In this document: positions 1-11,869 of the stretch, in pieces
How positions within the stretch are numbered: position 1 is the first letter of the stretch
Layout of the letters: each line of letters begins with the position of its first letter
Assembly (NCBI GenBank): GCA_013239625.1
Contig: MU053881.1
Span: 3,865,957-3,929,956, forward strand
DNA: 64,000 nucleotides
Direction: 5' to 3'
From: Lama guanicoe
Taxonomy: Eukaryota
Notes under the pieces: generated by a model
What the model saw: the letters and a program-made list of their open reading frames with translations, nothing else
Told to the model about the DNA's origin: nothing
Databases searched by the model: none
Program-made: the position numbers and the translations under genes

Positions 1-268
1 CAAATACTATATATCATTTATATGTGGAATCTAAAAAAATACAACAAACTAGTAAATATAGCATAAAAGAAGCAGATTCACAGACATTATAGAGAACAAA
101 CTACTGGTGACCATTGGGGAGGGGCGAGGGACAATATAGGGATGAGGAGAGGGAGGCACAAAATATTTGGTGTAAGACAGGCTCAAGGATGTAGCCAATA
201 TTTTGTAATAACTGTAAATGGAGAGTAACTTAAAAATTGTACAAAAATTAAAAATTAAAAAAAGAAAA
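1..268 (+). mobile_element. LINE-1 3' UTR and A-rich tail (artiodactyl-type, cut by window edge)
   Basis: Typical L1 3' UTR text (TATATGTGGAATCTAAAAAAATACAACAAACTAGT...) that is shared with the copy at 10602-11139; ends in an A-rich tail. Confidence 0.85.
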
Positions 269-278
269 TGTGTTCAGT

Positions 279-409
279 GGGGTGGGTATAACTTAGTGGT
301 AGAGCGCATGCTTAGTATGCCCTGGGTTCAATCCCTAGTACCTCCACTGAAAAGGAAAGAAAAAGAGAAAGAAAGAAAGAAAGAAAAAAAAAGAAAGGAA
401 GGAAGGAAA
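279..409 (+). mobile_element. tRNA-Ala-derived SINE (Vic-1-like) with GA-rich tail
   Basis: GGGGTGGGTATAACTTAGTGGTAGAGCGCATGCTTAG...GGGTTCAATCCCTAGTACCTCCA carries A- and B-box-like motifs, followed by a (GAAA/GGAA)n tail. Confidence 0.85.
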
Positions 410-861
410 AGTGTATTCATCCTTCCATTCATTCAAACAAAAATAGATGCATTTTCTCCCTAAGCCTCAGCCAGTTCATTCATTCACTCATTCAAATAAG
501 AAAAAATGATCTTAAAGATAGGAATGATCATTTGTATTTCACTGGGATGTTGTAAGGTTTACACAAATCCATCCATGGAAATAGAAACTTCATTTAAAAG
601 TGACACATTCATAAAATGGGTGTTCCCATGTTACATATTCCCCAAAGGAGGAAGCATCCTCCTTTATCCCCTCCTCCTCCCCCTCCCCACAAAGTTTCCT
701 AAAGTCTTCTACTTCTTTACACATTCCAATTCTGGCCTCTACTCAAACCACTCAGGCAGCAGACCTGCAGAGTCAAAATAAGTCAAGACAGACCTGAAAG
801 CCAGGAAGGTAAGCACCCAAGTGAATCAGAAGAGAACGGGGTGTGTCAGCCCCCGAGACTA

Positions 862-1055
862 GGATAGCGGGAATAGTACCCTGGCCTTGGCGTCAGACAC
901 AGCTGGCGGTGAGCCCCAGCTCACCCCTCCATGGCTCTGCGACCTTGGAGAAGGCTTGCAACCCCTCTGAGCCTCCATTTCCTCATCTGGAAAACCGAAA
1001 GCCCAGTTCAATGAGCTCATGTGATTGTTGTACCGATTCTGGGAAGTAACAAAGG
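862..1055 (+). mobile_element. MIR SINE
   Basis: MIR core: GCGACCTTGGAGAAGGCTTGCAACCCCTCTGAGCCTCCATTTCCTCATCTGGAAAA. Confidence 0.8.
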
Positions 1056-1063
1056 TGGTAGCG

Positions 1064-1113
1064 ATAATGATGATGATGATGATAATTAATTATAATAATA
1101 ATTATTATTATTA
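1064..1113. repeat. (TGA)n/(TAA)n/(TTA)n microsatellite
   Basis: Directly visible between two converging MIRs. Confidence 0.9.
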
Positions 1114-1114
1114 C

Positions 1115-1350
1115 TCACACATTTATGGACTGCTTGCTCTGTTCCAGGCACTGTTTTGTATGACTTAGGTGCTTTATGCTATTTAATCCTCATAATTACC
1201 TGATGAGATAGTAACTATTACGGCCCCATTTTACCGGCAAGGAAACAGACCAAGAGGGTCCCAAAAACCTGCCAAAATCACACAGCTGGGAGTGGCAGAG
1301 CCTGGATTCCAGCTCTAGCTGTGGGCTCCAGAGCCTGTCTTTTGAGCCAG
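1115..1350 (-). mobile_element. MIR SINE
   Basis: Reverse MIR: TTTAATCCTCATAAT...CCCCATTTTACCGGCAAGGAAACAGAC...ATCACACAGCTGGGAGTGGCAGAGCCTGGATTC. Confidence 0.85.
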
Positions 1351-2176
1351 TACTCCGTATTTCTCCCAACAGCAAGGTGGACACAGAGTCTTGGATGTTT
1401 AAGGTGCTCAGAACTGGGGAGCTACACTTAACATTATCATCATATCATCAGCCCACAGGTCATGTTACCAGGTGCCTTGTTGCCACTGCTGTCGGGAGGG
1501 GCCTGGGACCCATGTCTGGCCAGCATGCTGGTGGCCAGCAGCACCCGTGGCTCTGTTTTTCAGGCCTAGAGGACAGCCTTCATTCTAATTTTGGAACCGA
1601 GATGTTTAAGGCCATGCCTCTGAGTAACAGGATCTTCTCTGCAATGTAGATTCCAATCTGTAGCTTTATTAAATGTGGAACCTCATCCCAGGAATCAAGA
1701 AGACACTGCTCTTCCTCCTAACTGTACACTCTCAGATGTTTCTCATTTCTGGAAGATTGGAGTCAGTTGGTTTTAAGTGAATGCTTCCCTTGTCTGTGAC
1801 TGATGTTATAGCCCCTACAGAGATTGCAGTTTCCAAACTGTTTGAATCAAATAAAATGGTTTTAGTGCACACACACACACACAAAGAATATAACCATATA
1901 TATATATATAGTCCTATTTCTATTTTTTTAAAATATATTTACCAGGAGAATACTTCACTTCTTGAACATCAAGGAATCAGGAGTCTTCCCTGGGCAGAGT
2001 TGCATGCGTTGAAAATGTTGAAATGTGATATGGTCTTCCCTCCACTGCTTTCCTCACCCAGGAAGAAGCTTTTAGGGGAAGAATTTCAGTGGTGTAAAAG
2101 GGAACTTAGGAGCCAGACATGCTTGAGACATCATTCATTTGTTACATGCTTATTCTTTTTTCAATCTCAATGTCCT

Positions 2177-4937
2177 TGTATTAGCTAGCTATTGCTGTGT
2201 AACAAATTACTCCAAAATGTTGTGACTTAAAATGACAATATTTATTACCTTATAGTTTCTATGGGTCAGAATTCTGGGCATAGTTCAGCTGGGCCCTGCT
2301 TCAGGGTCTGTCACAGGCTGTGATCAATGTGTTGGTCAGGGCTATGGTCATGTCAAGGTTCAACTGGAGAAGAATCTGCTTCCAAGCTCACCTATGTGGT
2401 CACTGGCAGGATTCAGTTTCTTGCAGGATGTTGGGCTGAGGACACCTTTAGTTCCTTGCCACATGGCCTCTCCAACACGGCAGCAGGCTTTCTCAGAGCA
2501 AGCAAGAGTAAGGTGAAAGTCACAGTCTTTTATAATCTATATCTGCATCCCAGCACTTTGTTTTGTTTAGTTTTTGTTACTGTTGCTGTTTCTGTGAATC
2601 TGTTCCTGTTTTGTTGTCTTTTTTATATTTAAACTTAAAAAAAATTACATTGTGGTAAAATACACATAACAAGAAATTTGCCATCTTAATCACTTTTAAG
2701 AGTACAGTTAAGTAGTGTTAAGTAGTTTCACATTGTTGAGCAACCAATCTTTAGAGCTCTTTTTGTCTTCCAAAACTAAAACCACATCTGTGAAACAATT
2801 CCCCGTTCCTACCTCCCACAGCCCCTGGTAACCATCATTTTACTTTCTGCCTTTATGAATTTCTCTGTTCTAGGTACCTCATACAAGTGGAATCATACAG
2901 TATTTGTCTTTTTCACAAATGTCTTAATTCACTCACCATAATGTCTCCAAGGTTCACTTGTGTTGTGCATGTATCAGAATTCCTTCCTTTTTAGGCTAAT
3001 ATCCCATTACATGTACATAGAACAATTTGTTTATCAATCAGTGGATGCTTGGGTTGATTCTACCTTTTGACTGCTGTGAATATTGCTTCTGCGAACATGG
3101 GTGTGCAAATATCTCTTTGAGAACCTATTTCAATTCTTTTGAGTATATATTTCAAAGTGGAATTGCTGGATCATATGATAATTTTATTTTTAATTTTTTG
3201 AGAAATGGTTTTCTTGTTTTCCTCAGTAGCTCTACCATTTTACATTCCCAGCAATAGAGCACAAGTGTTCTAATATTTCCACATCCTTGCTAAGAGCACT
3301 TGCTATTTTCCTTTTTTTTTCCTTTCTTTTTTTAAAAATAGAGCAGCCGTCCTAATGGGTGTGAAGTGGTATTGCACTATAGTTTTTATTTGCATTTTCC
3401 TAATGATTAGTGATGTTGAGCATCTTTTCATGTGTTTATTGGCCATTTGTTTTCTCATTTATAGAAATGGTTATTCAAGTTTTTTGTCCATGTTTAAAAT
3501 TGATTTGCTTCTTTTTTGTCGTTGAGTTGTAGAAATTCTTTTTATATTCTGAATATTAATGTCCTACCAGATAAATCATTTGCAAATATTTTATTTTATG
3601 TTACCAGGAAGTATGAGATCTCTTACCTTGTTCTGCTTTTTAAGATAGTTTTGGCTATTCAGGGTTCCTTGAGTTTTCATATAAATTTTAGGATTGGATT
3701 TTATGTTTCTACAACTGGAATTTTGGTAGAAATTACATTTAATCTGTGGGTAGTATTGACATCTTAACAATATTAAGTCTTCCAATCCATGAACATGGGT
3801 GGTCTTTCCATTTATTATTGTCATCTTTAATTTCTTTCACCAATGCTTTACAGTTTTCAGTGTCTTTTTCAGTATTTCACCCTTTTGGTCAATCTTATTC
3901 TTAATTATCTCTTTTCAATACTATTGTGAATGGAACTGTTTTCTTCCTTTTTAAATTGTTCATTGTTAATGTATATAAACACAACTGATTTTTGTGTGTT
4001 GATTTTGTATCCTGCAACTGTGCAAATTCATGTGTTTGTTCTAACAGTTTTGTGTGTGCGTGGAATCTTTAGCATTTTCTATGTATTATATCATGTCATC
4101 TCTGAAAAGAGATAATTTTCTTTTTTCCTTTCCAATTTGAATGTCTTTTGTTTCTCTTTCTTGCCTGACTGCTCTGATTAGAACTTCCTGTACTATGTGG
4201 AATGGAAGAGGCAAAAGTGAGCATCCTTGTCTCAATCCTAACCTCAGAAGAAAATCTTTTAGTTTTTCACCAAAATGTAACATATTAGCTATTGATTTTT
4301 TGTCTGTCTTTATTATGCTGAACTGATTTCCTTGTATTCTTAGCTTGTTGAGTTTTTGTTCATGAAAGGGTGTGGAATATTATTAAATTATTTTTCTGCA
4401 TCAATTGTTTTTCTTATTATCATTTGGTTAATATGATATGTTATTTTTTATATATATATATATAGAACCATCCTTGCATCCCTGAAATAAATCCTATTTG
4501 GTCATGGTACATAATCTTTTTTAATGTGTTGTTGAATTCTGTTTGCTAGTATTTGTTGAGGATTTTTACATTAATATTCATCAGGGATATTGACCTGTAG
4601 TTTTCTTTTCTTGTAGTATCTTTGTCTATCACTGGTATCGGGAATGAGTTTAGAAGGATTTCTTCTTCAGTTTTTTGGGCGGAGGGTTTAAAGAGAATCG
4701 GCATTAATTCTTTTTTAAATTTTTGGTAGAATCCACCGGTAAGGCTGTCTGGTCCAGGGCTTTTCTTTGTTGGGAGATTTTAGACTGCTGATTCAATCTA
4801 CTAACATCCCATTACTTTCGACATAGTCCATTTGTTAGAAACAAGTCACTAGTTCTGACCTATGTTTAAGGTGAGGGGATTACATCATTTAAGGAGAAGG
4901 GAATGATCTGGACCATCTTAGAAGCCTGTCTACCACA
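2177..4937 (-). mobile_element. MaLR solo LTR (MLT1F/G/H-like), split by an L1 into ~2177-2559 and ~4805-4937
   Basis: TGTATTAG...CTACCACA termini and MLT1-like body; perfect 5-bp TSD GTCCT at 2172-2176 and 4938-4942. Confidence 0.85.
2560..4804 (-). mobile_element. Truncated old LINE-1 (L1MB-like): 3' UTR plus decayed ORF2 RT region
   Basis: ORF 4086-4283(-) GEKLKDFLLRLGLRQGCSLLPLPFHIVQEVL...LSLFRDDMI matches L1 ORF2 RT (QGCPLSP and FADD motifs, both mutated); TSD CATCCCAGCACTTT (2546-2559) / CATCCCATTACTTT (4805-4818). Confidence 0.93.
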
Positions 4938-5369
4938 GTCCTTCTCTGTAAAATGCAGCTATTTCCAATCAACTGATTAAAGATGATGGGCAGAGCACTC
5001 CAACACCTTGCTTGTTATCCCAGAATTACTCAGTGAGTGGTGATTTGTTGTCCCATTGGATGAATTTTATGATGCAGCCTAGACTGCTAGTAAACGGGAA
5101 CCTTTTACATTTTTGTATAACATTCATACTTGGACGATAGTTCCCATTTTCCCCAAATCAACATAATTTCATAGGAGTTTCATCCATACTCTGTGTTTAT
5201 GTTCTGAATCTCAGACAATTAACAGGATAAGCATCTTGGTCATGTGATTGTAATCCTCGGTTTTATGATTGTAATTCTGACACCACTGTCATCTTGGACC
5301 CCTTAAATCTGGGGATGGCTCCTCCTATATGATCTGGACACAATGAGTTTCTTTTTACATGGTACTTGT

Positions 5370-5540
5370 CCGTGTACTGTATTTGTCTCTTTCAAGTGTT
5401 TCACTTTTACTGGATGGTGAGCTGAAGCCAGAAATTATGCCTTTTTGTCCCCTCTGCATTTAGAGCCATACTGGGTGAAAAAATAGGCCCTCAGTAGAGA
5501 TACATTATGTGAAAAAATACAGATACATGAATGAGTAGAC
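5370..5540 (+). mobile_element. L2 LINE 3' end fragment
   Basis: Degenerate L2 tail (CTGGATGGTGAGCT...TAGGCCCTCAGTAGAGATA...TGAATGA). Confidence 0.55.
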
Positions 5541-5829
5541 AAATATCACCATTCTCCTGCTAGTCTTAAAGGCTTGTGTCCTAGTCCTTGCAGCTGGTGT
5601 CTGACCAGCATGAATCTCAATAAAGGTCATGGGTTAAGGAAGAGAAAGACAGTCTAGCATCTCCTGCCAGCTGTTGTAACCACTAGACAAGAGTGGAAAG
5701 ACCGTTTTCTATCTGTTCAAAGGAGCCATAGTCTGAGATGTCATCTCTCTTGTCTCCTTATCCCGGGAACAAGAGTTTCAAGGCCAGAGATTCTTTAAAT
5801 CATTTCAGTAGAATACAAAGAAAGGTTTT

Positions 5830-6270
5830 GCAGCTGGACTCCCCCAAAAGCTGACCCTAGGACAGGGATCTGGGTTCAAGCAGTGTATTTGGAAGAAGAT
5901 CCCAGGAAAGCATGGTTAGGGGACACAGAAGAGAACCAGGGAAGGGGCAAAATCCAGTACAGGTCACATTAATGAACAGATGACTGCACTGAGCATCCGA
6001 AGTACAGCCTCATAGTGGACCTCTGTAGGACTGTGAAGAACAGGTTTCACAGCTGTCCCCCTGAGTCACATGGGGGCTGTGATATTGACATCAATTTCTC
6101 ATCTATCATTTGGGAGATGTAATCCTGACACTCTTGGTCTGGTGTGTGTGCAGAACAGCATGCTTCTTTCTGCAGCCAGAGAAAGCCCTTCAGAAAAGGG
6201 TCCCCAGTACTTGCAGGAAGAAGCCATCAGGATGCAGAATGTAGAGAGTATTAGGAGGGAGACAGGCAGC
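5830..6270 (-). mobile_element. ERVL LTR16-like solo LTR
   Basis: GCTGACCCTAGGACAGGGATCTGGGTTCAAGCAGTGTATTTGGAAGAAGATCCCAGGAAAGC resembles the reverse complement of LTR16. Confidence 0.7.
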
Positions 6271-7555
6271 ACCGGCCTCAAAGATTCAAAGTTGGATGTA
6301 CAAACTTGGACCTGAGACTTGGTTTTGTCACTAACTAGCAAGGCAAGTCACTTCCAACTCCCCAGTGCTCAGAGCGCCCACCTCTAAAGTCCTGTTCTGC
6401 TCCAAAAACCTAGGATTTCATTTCCCCATGAAGAGGGCTCACTTGTGATGGCCAAGGGCCTTCCCTGTCAGAGCTCAGATCCGAAGGTTGCCGAGCAGGC
6501 AGACTTCCTTCCACTCCTCTGTCCGCATTTCACACCCAACCTTGGAGCTGAGGTCCTGGGCTGGGGGGTGGGGGGTCAGCTTGCTCTTTGCAGCTGATCT
6601 GTGCATGTCTAACCACAGCATGATTCACGTTTTGCTCTAACCATGGTGTTTATATCATTGGATACTTTGATTACTTTGTTCAAAGTGATCTCATTTGTTT
6701 ATGAGCATGTGTTAAGTCCCTAGCCCCCTTGAAGTCCCTGCTCTCCTGTCTCCTGGGCAAATCACCCTGCAGACAGAGTTAAGACCTCTGCTGCTGGTAT
6801 AACCCAGGGGGGCTAAGATAGTCTCATCAGTGAGTCACCGGCTTGTAATTCTTAATCCGACTGGGGTAAAAGAAAGAAACAAAACAAAAGCAACACAGTT
6901 TGGCCCCAGTTTTGTTCATATTACGGACACAGATTTAGATGTTGAAGATCCCCTGTGATAGCAGGCATCTTCCTCTCCTTGCTCTCATCTCTTGCCCCTC
7001 CACCCACACCTTCATCTCCACTCTTTCAGGACCAGATAACTGCCTTCTCAATGTTCCACTGGAGGCGAGTAAGTGTATCAGAAAAATAAACCTTCCATGG
7101 GCATGTAAGTTGGAAGAAGGCTGGAATCATCAAATTGAAAAGGTTACCTTTGCTGCTGGACTTCTCAGAGACTTGACTCCGCTGGGGTGTACTGTGACTC
7201 TTAGTGGAGACAGGTTGAGCAACATTTCTGGAGCTAACATGACCACAGAACACTTTCTGTTAGTTTGGAGAAAGGCTCTGCAGAACGGAGCTTTAGAAGT
7301 GCTTTCCTGGATCATGCATTTGCCATGCAGCTAAAAAAGACTGATAATTCAGAAGGCTTCAGCAGTCTGCCACCACTCGGGGGTGCACCAGGCCAGCACA
7401 GCTACCGTACACCCCTTGTTTCTGTTGTTTACTATCTGCCATGTGCTGGGTGCTTTACCCTAAGAAAACAGCTTTGCCAAGGAAGACAGAGATGAAGACT
7501 TTCTCAGGGAGAAATCTTCCTGGGAAGGCATCTGGAGAACTAGGGGGAGTGGGGA

Positions 7556-8074
7556 GGTTACCGAGTCCAAACTTGTTCTGTTTGCCACACTACAAGCCAA
7601 TAAATCGGGAGACGAGCTGTTGGGGCAAGGAATAACGACTTTATTCAGAAAGCCAGCAGACCAAGAAGATGGCAGACTAACATCCTGGAGAACTATCTTC
7701 CTCAAGTCAGAATTCAGGCTCCCTTCATACTGAAAAAGGGATGGGGTGTGGCTGGTTGTTGCAAACTTCTTGCTGTCGGAATCCTTCGGTCTCGCAGCTG
7801 TTCGTGTAGGTCAGGTCACTGTGTCCCTGTAAACCTCCAACAAGACAAATGCTATTTCTATGCTGCAACTTTTTATCTCTCTGCGAATGGAAAATTGTTG
7901 CACCCTTAAAGGTCAGAGCCTTGAGAATGGGCTGTCCTGTCTATTTCAGGCTCTAGGCAACATTCTTTTACAAAAGGTGCGGAACCGACATGACTAAACC
8001 CAGGAAACAGAGCATAGGGTTAAAACCAAAGGAACAGATCTAATATGGAGTCAGATTTGTTCTTTCCTACTACA
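7556..8074 (-). mobile_element. ERV1-type solo LTR (lineage-specific)
   Basis: On the - strand begins TGTAGTAGGAAAGAACAAATCTGACTCCATA; AATAAA on the - strand near 7639-7644; a second copy lies at 13290 in the opposite orientation. Confidence 0.8.
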
Positions 8075-8139
8075 GGAAGACTCTGGGGGCAACTTCATGG
8101 GACTGAGCAGGTCTCACTCCACAAACTTGCCCTCAGCAC

Positions 8140-8312
8140 CAGGGCCAGTTACATAATTGGCAGGGCCCAGTGCAAAATGAAAATGAGGGGCTCCTGATTC
8201 AAAAATGACTTAGAATTTTAACATGATAGCAGAGCGTTAAATCAGGCATGGGGCCCTCCAAACGACCGCACATTTTGTACTAACCATGCACGGTCTGTAA
8301 CCAGCAGCCCTG
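8140..8312 (-). mobile_element. MER45A-like hAT DNA transposon
   Basis: CAGGGC...GCCCTG inverted termini; GGGCCCAGTGCAAAATGAAAATG motif. Confidence 0.8.
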
Positions 8313-9089
8313 GCCCTCGAGAGAACCACTCAGGTCTTGCCTACCTTCATCTCCTCCTCCCTCCCCCGAAAGCGCTCCGGCTTTCTCCCCTTCTGCCTCA
8401 GCAAGGAGCCTGTTCTGCCAGCTCTCAGTGAGTCAGCGGCTGATTTAGCAACATGCCCGGAGACTACTCAGAGGCAGCATGAAATGGGGAAAGAGATTGG
8501 GGGTTCGAATCCTGGCTTTTTGCCCCCTTCCTTCTCAATGATGGTGAGCAATTTCCTGTTTCCTCCCTGCCCTGGAGAACCCTCCTTTGGAAAAGGACCC
8601 TACTGGCTGTCCTGGAGAAAGGATGTTCTAAGGGTCCAATGAGGGTCATGACATCTGGATTAACCCTTTGCAAAGGGGCCGCTGCTTCACAAGCGTAAGG
8701 TTTTACATTTCTCCTCTTGGAGACTCTTGGTCTCTCCTCTTCTCTCCTTACTTATCCATGCATTCAGGCAGAACTTGGAGGGTGGGCAGGAATGAAGGAG
8801 GCAAAGAGGAAGGAGAGAGGCATTCTGGGAGGGAAAGAGCATTTGCAAGGCCCCATGGCTGGAGGAGGCTGGCACACAGAGAGGAAGAATCGGGGTCTAA
8901 ACCCAGATGCCCACCACCCCTCCCCATCTCCTGGGTCCGGAGAAACTCGGCTGACCGAAAAGACAGAAGCTAATGGTAAACAAGGGCCATTGGGTTGTCT
9001 GTGGGTTTTCATCATCCTCACAGCCTCACTGCACAGTTGCTCAAATAACTGATGGCTGGCCACCAACCAGCTTCAAGAGGCTCCAACCT

Positions 9090-9490
9090 CCCCGCGGCCG
9101 TCAACCATCTCCAGCAATTAGGCTCAGTGTGACAGTTGTTTCTGGAACGAGGAGCCAAATGAATGGAATTAATCTCCCTGATTGAAATCCATTAGTGCCT
9201 GTGATGTACTGGTTCAGGCATTTAAGAGTCACTTCACCTCACCCGGTCATGCCCATAGGGTCACCGGCTGAGTCATAGTTAATAGTGGGGAAGACTTTAA
9301 TGGAGGGGGAGGCTTTGAAGAAGGGCAGGGTGTGTTCCGAAGCTTGAAGGTTTAATGCATTTTTAATTAAATGTGCTTTAATACGATTCAGCACCAACTA
9401 TCATGTCACTGTAGATAGATTCATTATATTTGTTCAGTTAATTACGCGTGTGTTTCTGCACAAGTGTAAACTTTGATGACCTGGAAAGAA
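9090..9490. promoter_or_regulatory. Candidate enhancer (repeat-free, motif-dense)
   Basis: AP-1 TGAGTCA 9269-9275, TCF/LEF CTTTGAT 9471-9477, many TAAT/ATTA cores; function inferred only. Confidence 0.4.
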
Positions 9491-10601
9491 GCTTGACTTC
9501 GAGGGACACCCAAGAGCTCTGCTGGCCTTTTGAGGATTACATGAAACCGTTCTCCACCCTCCAGCCCCCATTTTTACGCTTGTGCATCCCACACATCTGG
9601 GCACAGGGGCACCCTCCAGCAGACACCCAGACACATATGTGTATTCTCCACCTCTCTCCCTTCAAAAAGGGAGGGATGGCCGGAGAGAGTAAAGTTAGGA
9701 ATATGGAGATACATGTATATACACACACACACACATAGACAAATATGTATATAGAGATGCACTGTCTATGTAAGATATTTATGTCTTGTGTATGTATACA
9801 TTGGTTCTATTTCTCGGGAGAACCCTGAGTAATACAGGTGATAGGAAAGTCTACATTTCCTACAAGCTCTTGGGAGATGTCAATCTTACTGGTCCATGAA
9901 CCAGACTCTGATTTAAGGTCATAGGTAAAGATGATGTTTGCAGATAGGCACCCCATTACACAAAAAGCCACGGCAAGTCTTGCCCAAAGGACTTCAGAGG
10001 CTTTTGTGCTGTGTTCTCTCCAGTAATTAATTTCTGCCTGATCATCTGAATCCAACAGTTTGTCCAAGCTGGCAAGCCACTGGAGTCTCCAAGAATGTGC
10101 CCCGCCTACTTTCAATCTCGGGGTCTGCAGTTGTATAAACACAGCTTTCCCCACACACTCTCAAGTCAAGCAGAGGCAGCAGTCCCCACTGCCAAACAGC
10201 TGGATGGAAGCCGCAAAAGGGGAAGAAATCAGAGTTGGTGCAAAAGTTTTCCAGTGGCCCAGATGTCTGGCATCCCACAAACACCAACGCGGGCCTCCAC
10301 ACCTCCCTGCCTTCCCTGACACCTCTTGAGTGCCAGCGCGAGCTGGGTGTCAGCAGGAGTGCTAGACAAAAATAATAAGAGAGAATTTGCAGCCGTTGCA
10401 AGTGTAAATGGGGGCAAACAGTTGGTCTGAAGTGTGCTTCACAGCTTGTGGCAGAAGACAGGGCAGCAAACCCAGAGAGAAAAAGAGGAGGCTGGTGGGG
10501 AAGAGGAAAGACTTCTTCGAGAGTCCCATTGTGTGAATATAACACAAGCCACGTATGTCATTTTAAATTCTCTAGTAGCTGTATTAAAAAAGTCAAAAAA
10601 A

Positions 10602-11139
10602 CCCAGCAATCCCACTCCTGGATATATATCCGAAAAAACCAAAAACACCAATAGGAAAAGGTACACGAACCCCATGTATGAACATGCAATGTTCACAGCA
10701 ACATCATTTACAACTGCCAACATATAGAAAACAACCTAAGTGTCCATCAACAGATGAATGGCTAAAGAAATGCAGTATGTATACAATGGAATACTACTCA
10801 GCCATAAACAAGAATGAAATTTGCCATTTGCAGCAACATGGATGGACTTGGAGGGTATTATGTTATGTGAAATAAGTCAGACAGAGAGAGACAAATATTG
10901 TACGATATCACTTATACATAGAATCTAAAAAATACAACAAACTAGTGAATAAAACAAAAAAGAATCAGACTCACAGATGTAGAAAAGAAACTAGTGATTA
11001 CCAGTGGGGAGAGGGAAGTAGAAAGGCAATATAGGGGTAGGGGATTAAAAAAAAAAGGAGTTATTATGGGATTATATGAAATCGCATGTGTGAAACAAAA
11101 ATTGTAAAGCACTATAGAACTTACAGAATCTCTCAACTA
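10602..11139 (+). mobile_element. 5'-truncated young LINE-1 (ORF2 end plus 3' UTR)
   Basis: Encodes KQPKCPSTDEWLKK...YTMEYYSAINKNEI (L1 ORF2 C-terminus); TSD A6-GTC-A7 (10586-10601) / A6-TTC-A7 (11140-11155). Confidence 0.93.
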
Positions 11140-11259
11140 AAAAAATTCAAAAAAACAGGTAAATTAATTTTAATGATAAACTCTATTTAACAGAAAATAC
11201 CCTAAATTGTTATTTCAGCGGTCAATATAAAGACATATGCATGAAACACTTCACATTTA

Positions 11260-11869
11260 CAGGCAGATCTCATTTTTTTGCACTTTGATTTATTGCGTTT
11301 TGCAGATACTGCATTTTTTTTACAAATTGAAAATCGGTGGCAACCCTACATTGAGCAAGTCTATCAGCATCACTTTTCCAACAGCATCCACTCACTTCAC
11401 ATCTCTGTGTCACACACTGATAATTCTCACACTATTTCAAACTTTTTCATTATTATTATATTTCCTGTGGTGATCTGTGATCAGTGATCTTTGCTGCTAC
11501 TGCTCCTGCTTGCTGAAGTCTCACATGATGGTTAGTTACCATTTTTTTAGCAATAAGGAATTTTTAAAGTCTGTCCATTGTTTTGAGTTTTTTTGGGGGG
11601 TGGGGTGTGGAAGGAGGTAATTCGGTTTATTTATTTGTTTATTTTTTTTAGAGTTGGTACTGGGGATTGAACCCAGGACCCTGTGCATACCATTTGACTT
11701 ATACCCTCTCCCTGTCCATTTTTTAAAAAGACGTAAGGCTGTTGCACACTTAACCACAGTACAGTGTACACAGAACTCTTCTATGCACTGGGAAACCAAA
11801 AAATTTCGTGTGACTTGCTTAATTGCAATGGTCTGGAACAGACCTTGCAGTATCTCTTTGGTATGCCTG
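11260..11869 (+). mobile_element. Internally deleted Tigger1-like (TcMar) transposon
   Basis: TA|CAGGCA...TGCCTG|TA termini with TA TSD; Tigger1 left end (TTTGCAGATACTGCATTTTTTTTACAAATTGAA) and right end (ATGCACTGGGAAACCAAAAAATTTCGTGTGACT). Confidence 0.88.
11580..11711 (-). mobile_element. Vic-1-like SINE inside Tigger1
   Basis: GGTACTGGGGATTGAACCCAGGACC; TSD CTGTCCATT at 11571-11579 and 11712-11720. Confidence 0.9.

Noticed and set aside
279..348. tRNA-Ala-like sequences (here and nine other sites) as tRNA genes
   Set aside because: They have A-rich tails, TSDs and mismatched stems, so they are SINEs.
4086..4283. Reverse-transcriptase-like ORF as an active gene or new RT system
   Set aside because: Short decayed L1 ORF2 fragment (FADD mutated to FRDD) surrounded by stops and frameshifts.
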